Shown here: positions 21,701-32,048 of the stretch, in pieces
How the letters are laid out: every line of letters starts with the position of its first letter
Position numbering within the stretch: position 1 is the first letter of the stretch
NCBI GenBank assembly: GCA_949358305.1
Contig: OX442314.1
Location: 9,114,001-9,178,000, forward strand
Source of the DNA: Strigamia acuminata
Taxonomy: Eukaryota
DNA: 64,000 nucleotides
Reading direction: 5' to 3'
Notes under the pieces: model-generated
Seen by the model: only the letters and a program-made list of their open reading frames with translations
Told to the model about the DNA's origin: nothing
The model's database searches: none
Translations under genes and position numbers: made by a program

Positions 21701-23506
21701 TTTCTTCACCTCTTCTTTTTTGGTATTCGGGACTTCCGTCGATTCTTGCTGTGGTTTACTGGTTTTATCGGCGGCTTCCGTACGTTCGCGCATCGCTACT
21801 TCGAATCTAAAAAAGTCCAAAAATTCTTTAACAACCCAAGGCGCATCTCCTCGTGGACGTGCAAAATCATGTTGTATGCTGGTTGGCACAGCACGCGCGA
21901 GAATTGGGCATAACAATGGGCCAAAGGTTTCCGCCGGTACTCCGAGGTTTTCGAGGCTTTTAACATGCAGGTCGCAGAAATCATAGAGTCTCCGTAGGGC
22001 CGCCACATCTTCTACTCGTTTCACGGATGGCATTTCGAGCAGCTTGGCCATGTGCGCACCGACAATTTGTTCCTTGCGACCAAATCGATTTGTGAGGAGA
22101 GAAATGGCAGTGTCGTAATTTAACTCGGTTACAGTCAGTCCGCTGATTGCGTTCGCTGCAAGACCTTCAACTAACGAGCGTAGGTACACAAATTTGGCGG
22201 TTTTGGGCAACGCCGTATTATTGTGCACACTCAACTCAAAATCAGACCAGAAGCCCGTCCAGGTTTCCGGCGTGCCTTTAAACTTGGCGACCTCGAGCTT
22301 CGGCAGTTTCATCACTGCGCATTGTGGTTGGACTGGATTTGGGTTTTGCACAGGTGGAACGAAAAGAGGGTTAACTGGTGGTATATTCACGAGTGGTACT
22401 TGCGGTGGTTGTTGTGGTGGTGTTTGTTTCATTTGCGCGAGTTCTTTCAAGGCGACTTCGAGTGTGATTCGGGCGGCGGTCATCTCGTCTTGTAGTTCTT
22501 CCGCTTCGAATTCGTCTTGGTCCACCTCGTTCACGTCGGTGATCCCGTCGGCGATTATTGTGTCCAGTTTATCGATTTTCAAACGTTTTGTGATTAGTTG
22601 GGCTTGTATGCATAATAATCGTACCTCGTTGAGGGGATCCTCGGCCATTTCTTTTTTCAGTCTTTCAAAAAGCGCACGCACGCTTCCTCTTTGTGTTTCC
22701 CTTTGTGCACGACTTTTTGCCAAATCGTCCATTTTCGCGTTATGGTTCGTTTTCAAAAATGTTTCCCGGGTTTCGGCACCATGTAACGTTGCACGAGCAA
22801 CTTGTATAAATGAAACACTCTTTAAACTTATTAAAACTACGGATGGAGTCGGATTCGGATCGAAGGTTGTTGTAAACTCAAAGAACGATGTGGACAAGGT
22901 TACATTTGAAAAGACAGTGAAAATTTATTCAAATTTTTAGGTATATAACACAAAAGGATTAAGCTAATCCTTAAATTCCAAGAATACAGATCCGGGTCAC
23001 AAGTGAGCTTTTTTCACTTGCGCCACGGTGTTAAAAGACACAATTAAACTGGTTCACTTTGGAAACCGCCAGTTTCCACAACTTACCATTTTGAATATAT
23101 TCTGACATTGCTTGGCCAACTCAAGTGATCTTCCATTCAACACAAATGGATCCATTAAATTATATGGAGAAGTATTAGGTTTAATCAAAACCTCACTTCT
23201 AATATACTGAATTAGCAGTGGGTCCAACTGCTTTCTTCCTGATATATTAAAAAAATCCCATTGTATCTTCCAAACCTTTGAAACCTTTGAAGCAGGAGCT
23301 GAAAACAACCCAAAAAATTTCCAGCAAACAACAACAACACGAATTTTTCTTTCCATACTTATATTTTCGTCGACAATCCAAGAATATAACGCAATGGCAA
23401 CAAGAATAAGAGGTGATGATACTAGCACTATTGTTTTGATTGTTTTGCACACACCTTTTCGCTTTACCTGAGCTAAAAGGTAAGATTGATTATTGTGTTT
23501 TTCCAT
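15793..23506 (-). CDS. Star-like/FkbM methyltransferase-domain gene C' (exons 23506-23359, 23298-23087, 16642-16445, 16122-15793); Bel/Pao element in intron 2
   Basis: In-phase GT/AG exons; TM helix; motifs FFEAGA, LERFLGWTGLLVEPNP, CFPVYSLL, IDYFVLDVEGxE. Confidence 0.88.
16730..17175. repeat. Intronic 31-bp tandem repeat (AAATTCTTGATAAATTTCAACAAAAATTGCC); shorter degenerate version at ~36765-37025
   Basis: Read directly. Confidence 0.92.
17453..22732 (-). pseudogene. Bel/Pao Gag-Pol polyprotein interrupted by one in-frame TAG at 20197-20195
   Basis: KLPKLEV gag motif, three Cys/His knuckles, LDGGS protease, DIEKAF/RVPFG/YVDD RT, FCDAS RNase H, VDFAGP/SDNAKTF/GGFWER integrase. The two track ORFs share one frame. 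Confidence 0.9.
22764..22781 (-). other. Primer binding site (tRNA-Phe) of the Bel/Pao element
   Basis: Minus strand TGGTGCCGAAACCCGGGA directly after the 5' LTR. Confidence 0.9.
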
Positions 23507-23881
23507 GTTTTCACACTATCCGTATTCCTGTCTGTGTGCACATCCTGATATAGTTGGTTTGGATAATATTTCATCTATATTTTATAGTCATTTTATTATG
23601 AGTCTTTCCAGGCTTACTTTTAATATCCCTGAGTAAAATGCAGAGTCAATGTTAACACAGAATAAAACATAATGGTCGTGGGACAACCGGACAAGGCCCA
23701 CTTATCTTGCCATGTTATATGTACCACGGAAAGGTCAATTGACTCTGATCGTTAATAGATCCGAATAAGGGTCAGCTGACTCTAATCACAAGTTTTATTG
23801 GCTTTGGATGTTTATTAATTAATAAACCTTTATCCAGAGAAGGCAAAGTCTTACGAGAGTCGTTCTCGTCACGTTCTTAGC

Positions 23882-23939
<58 letters not shown>
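23882..23939. repeat. (TTAT)n microsatellite, absent from the duplicate block
   Basis: Read directly; the paralogous site at ~37797-37810 lacks it. Confidence 0.9.
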
Positions 23940-23941
<2 letters not shown>

Positions 23942-24687
23942 TCGCACTCCAAAGGAGTAAAAAGAAATGAGATACAAGTGAGGTAGGTTAGGTTTATCTT
24001 AGTTAACGGCTAGTAATATGGTAATATTATCTGCCAAAGGAAGAATCGTCACACATCATAAATAAGTCATGTTTTAATATAGTTTTTATTGAGATTATTC
24101 TAAAGTTAAAGAATAAATAATTCGTGTGTTTTGAGAATTTCAAGTGTCATTCTTGAACATTCTCACATTGTAATAGTTTTAATAATTAGTAAGTTAGTTT
24201 AGTACTTTAGTATTGAAAAGTCCCGTCATGGCAACCGTCTGTAACCTTAGTTTTAGTTTAAGATTAATTTAATGAAGATTCAGGTTTACAACTGTCTTTA
24301 TGAAAAGGAAATCATGTTTATTTTTTTCCAGTGTGATGTAATCGTTTTTATGCATGAAATCTTCTATTTCTTTGGGTTTTTTGTTGTTGTAATGATCAAC
24401 TACAAAAACATTGATGTTGATTTTATGAAAGGGAATTGTCTTCAGCACCTGCAACTCATATCCTTCCACGTCCAGCACGAAGTAGTCGATATTGGTTAAA
24501 TTAGCGGCGAACAACAAGGAATAAACGGGAAAACAGTCAGCCAGAAACGTACTAAAAGATTTCTTTTTTACCAATTTACTGTGCAATCCGTTTGAACTCA
24601 AAGGCATCTGTAAAACGCAACGATTTTCAACACCAACACAAAATATTTCATCATGCATTCAAAGTTTCAGTTTCCGCTATTTTCAGT

Positions 24688-24844
24688 AGCTGCATTCAAA
24701 AATTAAAATATTTTGTTTTACTTCAATTTTAAAACCAAAATGACATCGTTTCATGTCCTATTTATTAAATTAAACTATATTAATTATTTATTTCTAATTC
24801 TAATTATATATGTATAATAAATTTATATATTTTTGAATGCAGCT
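24688..24844. mobile_element. MITE with TIR AGCTGCATTCAAAAAT and 3-bp TSD AGT (PIF/Harbinger-like); other copies at 39413-39569 and 47089-47225
   Basis: TIRs, TSD, and an empty paralogous site at ~16195-16208. Confidence 0.85.
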
Positions 24845-24945
24845 AGTGTTTCTGTAAACAGAATGAACGCTAATAACAGCCAACAAAAGGTGCAAAAACA
24901 GAAAGCAGAACTAGAGTGATTTTCCAAGTGATTTCTCCAACCTGG

Positions 24946-25080
24946 CAGTGCTGGACTGGCTCGGCGGGTTACCGGGAGTTTCCCGGTGGCCCATGGCTGC
25001 TGTGGCCTGTCCCGACTTCATTAATTGTGGCCCAGACACCTAGATTTCCCGGCAATAAATTTGTTCCCAGTCCAGCCCTG
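24946..25080. mobile_element. 135-bp hAT-like MITE with 8-bp TSD CAACCTGG (duplicate 39671-39805)
   Basis: TIR CAGTGCTGGACTGG / CCAGTCCAGCCCTG; single CAACCTGG at the paralogous site ~16258. Confidence 0.88.
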
Positions 25081-25146
25081 CAACCTGGTGTTGAGTTTCA
25101 CAATCAAATACAAAATGGCTCCCACAGAAAATGGATGCCGGTGGCA

Positions 25147-27346
25147 TATATTTTTTTCTACAACGACACTACTGATCATCCGCCCATTACTGATCGCCAC
25201 CGCTGCACCAGACATTGTAAGCGATCAATGCCTTTTCCCACTCATACCTGTGTCTTGTACGCAAGGAGGTTTGTAATTTAGAATTTTAATATTAATCCCC
25301 TCCCACAAATAACCGAACCTAACCTAACCTAACACTCATGGTCTTCGCCAAGGTAACCCGGAGACTGGTTATCCTGGTGTGGGACACATACTCACGTATA
25401 ATGACAAGAGACTCCATATTGCTGGTTGTTGGCCTTTAATATCGTTGTCTAGGGGTTGGAGAAACCCGTCACCTGTTGCAGGGGTGCCAGTTAGGCACGC
25501 CGCACCGGCAACCGACCTGTCACACACAGGGCATGAGCCCCATGGGTGACGTGGTCGGTTCAACATAACATTCATGTCGTACTTACCTACGATCAGTGTT
25601 GGGCCCGCTAACCAAATTTCGCTATCGCTACTTTAGCGAAGCTATCGCTATTTTAGCGAAAGAAAAAATCGCTACTTTCATAAAATTAGCGATTTTTTTT
25701 TAGCGAAGCTAACAAAAAATGATAAATTAGCGAGAAAATCAGCGAAAATTTCGCTGATTGTCTCGCTAATTAATACGTTTTCACGACGTAAACTCAAAAA
25801 CGAAAAAATGTCAACCTACCGTTCCCGTCCGGTATCTTGATGCTAAATTCGTACTGTGCACCCCATTCTGTGCAGAAGATTTTCAAATTCCAGTTGTTAT
25901 TTAGCAGTATTAAGCCTAATATTTGGCTTAATGCTGCTAAAATAAAGTAAATAAACAACAATAAACTCATCATTAAAAGTAATTTACAGCGTAGTACCAA
26001 AATATTTTTGTTCATTGACTTTAGTTTTGCATTATTAGGTTGTATTATACAGTATATAAAATGTTTGGTTTAATACTGCTAAATAACAACTGGAATAAGC
26101 AAATTGTCTGCGCAGAATTAGATGTGCATTACAATTTTAGCTGCAAGATACCGGGCGGGAACTATACTGTAGGTGATGATACGGAGGAAAACGAATTCTG
26201 TTTAGATGAACCCGTGTTTTTTAATGGACACCAAAATGTTCGCCCGATACGAATTTTGATGTTTTCGGTACTAAAAAAGGATTTAAAAATTCTGAAACCA
26301 GGCTCATTCGATTGGAAATTGCATTCTGCACGAGCCTGTATATTTTTTCTTTTGATTCGGTAAAGAAAAAGTACTTTTTTTACGATTGTAACCAGCGACC
26401 GCATGGCAAATGTAGTGGGAAATTCGAATTCGACCATAAAAAAACCAAAAATATGAAAAATGAACCGATTAGAATATTTAAAATATGTTTCCTGTGCAGA
26501 ATTTGCCGCTCTTTCAAAGGGTGCCAATAATTTTTTGACCTGAACTTTAGGTTTTTTTTTAATTACTAAAAAACGATCTGTCAATTACAGATTTCAGATT
26601 ACAGATTTCGCAGGGATACAGCATAAAAGCCTTACTTGTTTAATTGTCTGTAATAGGGAAAAAAAACAAGAAATAAAAGAATAAAAAAAAATTAATTTAT
26701 TTTATATAGTTAGCGAAAAACTAGCGAAATATTAGCGATAAAATAGCTAAAATTAGCGATTTTTTAGCTAACTATTACCAGTTAGCGATAGCGACAATTA
26801 GCGAAATGTAAATTTTGGGGAAAAAGCGAAATTTTAGCGAAGCTATTCTTGTTGGTTAGCGATCCCAACACTGCCTACGATCCACGCAGCCACTCATGGA
26901 GGCTGCATTATGGAGAACGTCATGCTACTGAGCTTCGCCGTGGTGAATGGTGAGGAGAGTAGAGTCAGCACAAAGCAGGGTTGCCCTTGCTCACGTCAGG
27001 CTTGGTCGGTGGTCGCTGCTCCTCTCTGCCACCTCTCTCACATCTCTTCCTCATCACACCACTCAGCTCCCTCCTCCCCCCCCATACTGGGTCAGTCCAC
27101 CCGCAAGGGAGGACGACCTTGGAGTCGTAGGGCGGTGTGTGACAGTGAAGCAGGTCACCGTGGGTGGCCAAGCGGTCACAACCTAACCTAACCTAACCTG
27201 TCCTAACCTAACCTAACCTAGCCTAACCTGATGATCATGCATACAACGTCTGGAGAAAATTGTGATGATCTCAAGCAATGTCTGGTGCAGCGATGGCGAT
27301 CAGTAATGGGCGGATGATCGGTAGTGTCACTGTAGAAAAAAATATA
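25147..27346. mobile_element. Non-autonomous long-TIR DNA element containing (AACCT)n tracts (uninterrupted duplicate 39872-40783)
   Basis: ~70-bp inverted repeats at 25147-25217 and 27276-27346; CCTAA runs at ~25316 and 27181-27228. Confidence 0.8.
25594..26873. mobile_element. 1280-bp non-autonomous hAT element with 8-bp TSD CCTACGAT, nested in the long-TIR element
   Basis: TIR CAGTGTTGGG / CCCAACACTG; subterminal TTAGCGA repeats; empty site at 40311-40318; internal ~100-bp inverted repeat (~25825-25925 / 26060-26160). Confidence 0.92.
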
Positions 27347-28923
27347 AGCATGCTGGTGAAGTATAGACTACCAAAAAGTGAGTAAAAGCAAAATTTTGTT
27401 GAACGAAATCGGCCATAATTCGATAATTGGGTCAAAATGGTGGAATTTTAATCGTAAAATTAAAAAATTAAACTGTAAGCAGAAAGAAAAGCGAAATAAT
27501 CTTGCACACATTCGTAGTTCGCCATGATTTCGTCTTCTGCTTTTGCAGTTTGTAGAAACACCAAATACCATACAAACGGAAACTTTGTGTGCACCTAAAA
27601 GTGATTATAGATGGCGTTGTCATTACTTTTGCTGATTGATTGTTAGGACTAAGACAAGCTTTCATCATGTAGGATTTACGATTCGAACGCAATAACTTGG
27701 TGAATTGAATAGGATTTGGTTCCACAAGAAGCCCCGTCCAGCCTAGGAATCGTTCAAGAAAAATGGTCATTGAATGAGACTCCGGGTCGTATGCACCCGC
27801 TTCAAAAAAAATCCCATTGCGTTTCAATTTGATAAAAACAATTTGAATTAAGTATCAATTCACATTGCAGTTGCAGGTGTGGATCTAAGGGGAGGGCCAT
27901 GGGACCATGGCTGACTCCTTTGATTTATGAGAGTTGCGCCGTTAGTACCTAATCTGCCACCAGAGCGTGTCACAAGCACATCTGGCTCTAACCAGAGGGT
28001 CTCATTGGCCAGTGGGAATGGCTCACAATTGTGATTTTGCATTAATTTTTTTTTTAGTTTTAGTTTTTATTACATGTTTATTTTATTTTCCTAAAAAAAA
28101 AAGAAATGAAATTTCGGATCTTTATTTATTTTTATTTTTGGTTGTAACGCGGTAAAATAGAGCGTGTGATGCGATTCCAACGCCATCTAGTGGTCAAATG
28201 TGAGTCAGCCGACCATTCTTTCTATGAACTGTGGCCATGGCCACCTCCTTGAATAACAAAATTGTCATTTTTGAACAGAAATTTCATTTTTTAGATGAAA
28301 AATTCATTCTTAGGAGGAAAAATTCATTTTTCGGGTGAAAAATTCATTTTTCGGGTGAAAAATTCATTTTTCGAGTGAAAAATCATTTTTCGGGTGAAAA
28401 TTCATTTTTGGTATATTCCAACCAAAATATCAAATTCTTGTTAAATTTCAACTAAAACTTCTAAATTCCTTTTAAATTTCAAATTCAAATTTCAAAGCTT
28501 GAAAAAATCCTAAAGATTTACAAAGATACTTACTGTTTTGAACATTTTCTTACTAAAATTGGCCAATTTAACTGATTCTCTATCCAACACAAATGGATCC
28601 TCCAAATAATAGGGTAATAAATTAGGTTTAATCAAAACCTCACTCCTAATATAAAAAAAAGTTTTTTTTTTCATAAAAAATAATTTTTTTTTTACCTTAA
28701 AAAAAAATTGTTTTTTCTTCCTTAAAAAAAATTGCTTTATATTCATAAAAAATAAATTGATTTCATCTTCATAAAAAAAAAGTTTTTTTTTATAAAAAAA
28801 ATAGTCTTTTTTTTTATTAAAAATAGTCTTTTTTTTATAAAAAATAGTCTTTTTTTATAAAAAATAGTCTTTTTTTTTAGTAGTTTTTTTTTAATAAAAA
28901 ATAGTTTTTCTTTGCTAAAATTT

Positions 28924-29597
28924 TGTCACGGGCACGTCTACCCGCCTATTTTTATTTTAGAATAACCCGATCTTATTTCTTATAATATTTTCTTGTTTCT
29001 CTCACTTGTGATGATTCATCTCGCTTACTCATCTTCAGTTAATGAATGCGCAATCTGGATGATGCGCATATCATTATTCTTAACAATTGAATTCCTATTT
29101 TCACCTTTCCACCCCCTTCTCTAATTGATCTGACCAGTCACATGACTGAGTTTTCCTCTTTCCAATCATCCTAAGTTTAATCACTTCTTCTTATGCTCTC
29201 TACTGGATAACACCAATTTCCTTTAGTAACATTTAGATTTAGTCCTCTATTATTTGCGCCTTCAACAAGCGCTCCTACATCTAACCCTATTGCGCTATTT
29301 TCTAAGCCGACATCTTTTATATTATCACTGCCCGATGATATCCCCTTTCCACTCTAGGTTTATATCATCGTGCTTTCATTCTTTTACGCCTACAAACACC
29401 CGTCGTAAGCAAGGAACTGTCCAATATAAATTATGTTAGTCAAACGCGAGTATTAGGTTTCCTGAGTTTCTGGATGTCCACATTTGAAGGAAACAAGGTT
29501 TAGGGAAATCTACGAACTTTGCCCATTACTATTGCGCGAATTAGTTTTTGCGCGATATTGTTAGGAATTAATTATACCAACAGAATTAATCGTGACA
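28924..29597. mobile_element. Solo LTR (674 bp) with 4-bp TSD ATTT
   Basis: TGTCACG...CGTGACA termini, ATTT on both sides, no PBS or PPT; embedded in an A/T-tract repeat. Confidence 0.8.
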
Positions 29598-29789
29598 ATT
29601 TTCTTTGCTAAAAAATAGTTTCTCTTTGATAAAAAATAGTTTTTCTTCGATAAAAAAATGGTCATAATAATCTAAAAAATAAATAAAAATAAAAACTATT
29701 TCTCCTAGTGGTAGCAATACAGACTGGAGTTAGGAGTAATATGGCTCGGCCAATGGGAGAAGGCAATCCTTTTGAGTTGAACAAGAATA

Positions 29790-29894
29790 TATCGTACTGC
29801 CTCATTTAAACGCCCGGGCGTTTAATTTATTTTTGGGCCGACCCCCCTCCCTGCGTCTAAATGAAGCCGGGCGTTTAAATGAGACAGTACAGTA
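29790..29894. mobile_element. ~100-bp TA-flanked MITE (Tc1/pogo-like)
   Basis: TIR GTACTGCCTCATTTAAACGCCCGG / CCGGGCGTTTAAATGAGACAGTAC. Confidence 0.7.
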
Positions 29895-30317
29895 GACATT
29901 TTTGACCAGATTGAGTTTATGTCCTATAAATGGCATCTCACCTGCATTAATATTACTTATTTAGTGTAATAAATACCCGAATTGCAGCAAAATACTCATG
30001 TGCATACAACTTGTTAGGGTTAAACTGAAAATAGTTTTGTTAAGATTTTATTTGAGGTAAATACAATGAGTGCTAGGTGGCCCTTTGGCTTTACAGTTAA
30101 CCCTTGAAGGCATAAGGTTGTACAGTATACTGTACATGTTTAGGGTCAAGTACTTTACTGAATCGTAATATTTTTTTTCTATTGATTTTTTTTCGTACAA
30201 ATTTATGATTTTGTTTATGTGATAATAAACTAAATCTCAAATGTAATTTGTAGTTATTGGTCATTTATTTAATTAAATATTTAATCTGGAAATTTTCTGC
30301 CCCTTAAAGCTCCAGCA

Positions 30318-31707
30318 TACTGTATCGCCTCGTTTAATCATCCGGGTTCATAAAGACACTGGACCCATTTTAGCGTGGGCAGTTATCGACTCACAAATCT
30401 ATACCCGCCGGCAGCTCCGTATAAACGCCGGGCTTCAAATTGGCGCCGGGTAAACATGAAATAGCTAATTAATAATTATGTTCAGATAACGTTCCGAATG
30501 GTACTATTTCCGGTCAGTCAAATGTATAAAACGCCATTGTGGTTCCAATCAAAATCTCTGATTCTGATTATTTATTAGCTGAATGGGAGTTGTACACTCT
30601 TGTGAGTGGTGGACGGTTGTCTCATGCCAGGGGAGGGCCGTGGAACTATTGGACACCATTTACGATGCAAACACACCACAAAGAACACACAGTTTAGGAT
30701 TAATACTATTTATTGCCGTGGTTGTCTAGGGGTTAGTATGTCCATCGTGTTATCGCCTTGGTTGTTGGGTTGCCCTTCAGCAACCCAACCCAGACCAACC
30801 GCTGACCACGTGGCCGAGGGCCACATGGGCAGCGTGGTCGGTTCGTCTAATGCCACGCCATGCCTTGCGGCACGGCCCGACGGGTCGGCTCAAGTCCCTT
30901 CGAACTTGAGGGTGACCTCGACAGTTATTGACATTGCCTTTTCTGTCGTCGTCTCCTTCATCGTAGCAACGCGACCAGACACTCTCGTGGCTGGTGTTGT
31001 TCTGTCCCTCGTGGTCAGTCCGGACCTAGTAGGAACCTTGCAGAATCCGACGGTACGCCGTAAGAGCTGCTGAGGATCCTCTCTTTACGGTTGCCAGTGC
31101 CGACTGGCGGTGGCCAGTTGGTCACACTCTTGTCAACTCCAAGAAGAGCCCACTTCCATTGGCCTAATCTAATTACTACTAATTGTAGACTGTGAGCTGC
31201 CATCAGGAAAAGTAGTTTCATATTTATTTAATTTCTGCGAGTGTTGATGATGATTAAAATGACATACTTTTAATTGTATTTTAGAATAAAATGTGTTGTC
31301 AATTTATGAAATATACTTTTATGCTATTTTTATGTAGATATACGTGTTTGTTCCGTTTATTGGTTGCTTTGCCAGGAAAGCACACAACTTTTGATTTTTT
31401 GATCGGTTATTTTGTCTGGAGAACAATCAAAATGTCGTCAATTAAATTCTGGTGTTTGGCTCCTTTTTTTGTGTCACTGCACAAGTGAAAAGGCTCAGCC
31501 AATGAGAGTGGGGCTCTTCTTGAAGTTGACAAGAGTATAGGTTGTTATGTTGTAAGTTTTAAAAATATTATTTTCCCAATAACTAATTTTGAACTTTTAT
31601 CTTGTTAACCGTCAGGCCCGATTAAATGCTGGGTTTCATATTGCCGCCGGGTGGGTCGGCTGAAATAAAATATAAACGCCCGGGCGTTTAGACGAGGCAG
31701 TACCGTA
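30318..31707. mobile_element. Degenerate TA-flanked TIR element of the same family, with a nested MITE at 31126-31536
   Basis: Ends TACTGTATCGCCTCGTTTAA / TTAGACGAGGCAGTACCGTA; nested TIR ACTCTTGTCAACTCCAAGAAGAGCCC / GGGCTCTTCTTGAAGTTGACAAGAGT. Confidence 0.6.
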
Positions 31708-32048
31708 ACCTTCAAGCAGGCTTTGCTGCATTAGTAAAGAGCGCTTCAGTTAATAGGTTTTGGCTTTTACCAGTAGTTTAAAACCACCACCAGATGATTC
31801 AAGCATTTTTTTTTATTGTTTACATATTGCGCCCTCTATAAAATCAGTTACAAACTAAAAACAAACTAAATCGCGCTTTAACCAATTGACCTGAAAATTG
31901 TCCTTAAATGCGTAATGCCTTATACCAATAGGGATACATTTTACACTTATGCCTCCTCCGGTTAAGTGTCAACGTAGACAATCCCAATAATTTTGAATTG
32001 TCTCGAACATGAAAAAAAAAGAAAATCTTAGAAGTTTGTCCAGAGCAG

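Larger units (their letters stand above)
17191..23080 (-). mobile_element. Bel/Pao LTR retrotransposon (5,890 bp) with 5-bp TSD ACTTA
   Basis: 299-bp LTRs at 17191-17489 and 22782-23080; TSD at 17186-17190 and 23081-23085; empty site at 37039-37043; G-rich PPT at ~17490-17501. Confidence 0.97.
12687..28653. repeat. Left copy of a tandem segmental duplication (partner ~33380-42248)
   Basis: Collinear near-identity: 14757~34795, 16412~36450, 23087~37045, 24269~38994, 27368~40805. The match ends at CTAATATA 28653~42248. Confidence 0.95.
24269..28653 (-). pseudogene. Star-like/FkbM pseudogene D' (partial exon 2 28653-28534, exon 3 27824-27627, exon 4 24607-24269)
   Basis: Copy of gene D lacking exon 1 and the first part of exon 2. 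The exon-3 acceptor reads TG where gene D has AG. Confidence 0.85.

Noticed and set aside
22733..22897. N-terminal extension MSTSFFEF... of the Bel/Pao ORF
   Set aside because: It starts inside the LTR and crosses the PBS. The ATG at 22732 is the more plausible start.
18408..22940. Long plus-strand ORFs (357 aa, 248 aa and others)
   Set aside because: Antisense shadows of the Bel/Pao coding frame.
24916..27191. Short ORFs conserved between 25-27 kb and 39.6-40.6 kb
   Set aside because: The conservation reflects the recent segmental duplication, and the ORFs cross MITE boundaries.
27181..27228. Telomere or interstitial telomeric array (TTAGG)n
   Set aside because: Short imperfect tracts internal to a TIR element and duplicated with it.
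30606..31073. 155-aa ORF in a GC-richer patch
   Set aside because: GTG start, no motif recognised, inside nested TE debris.
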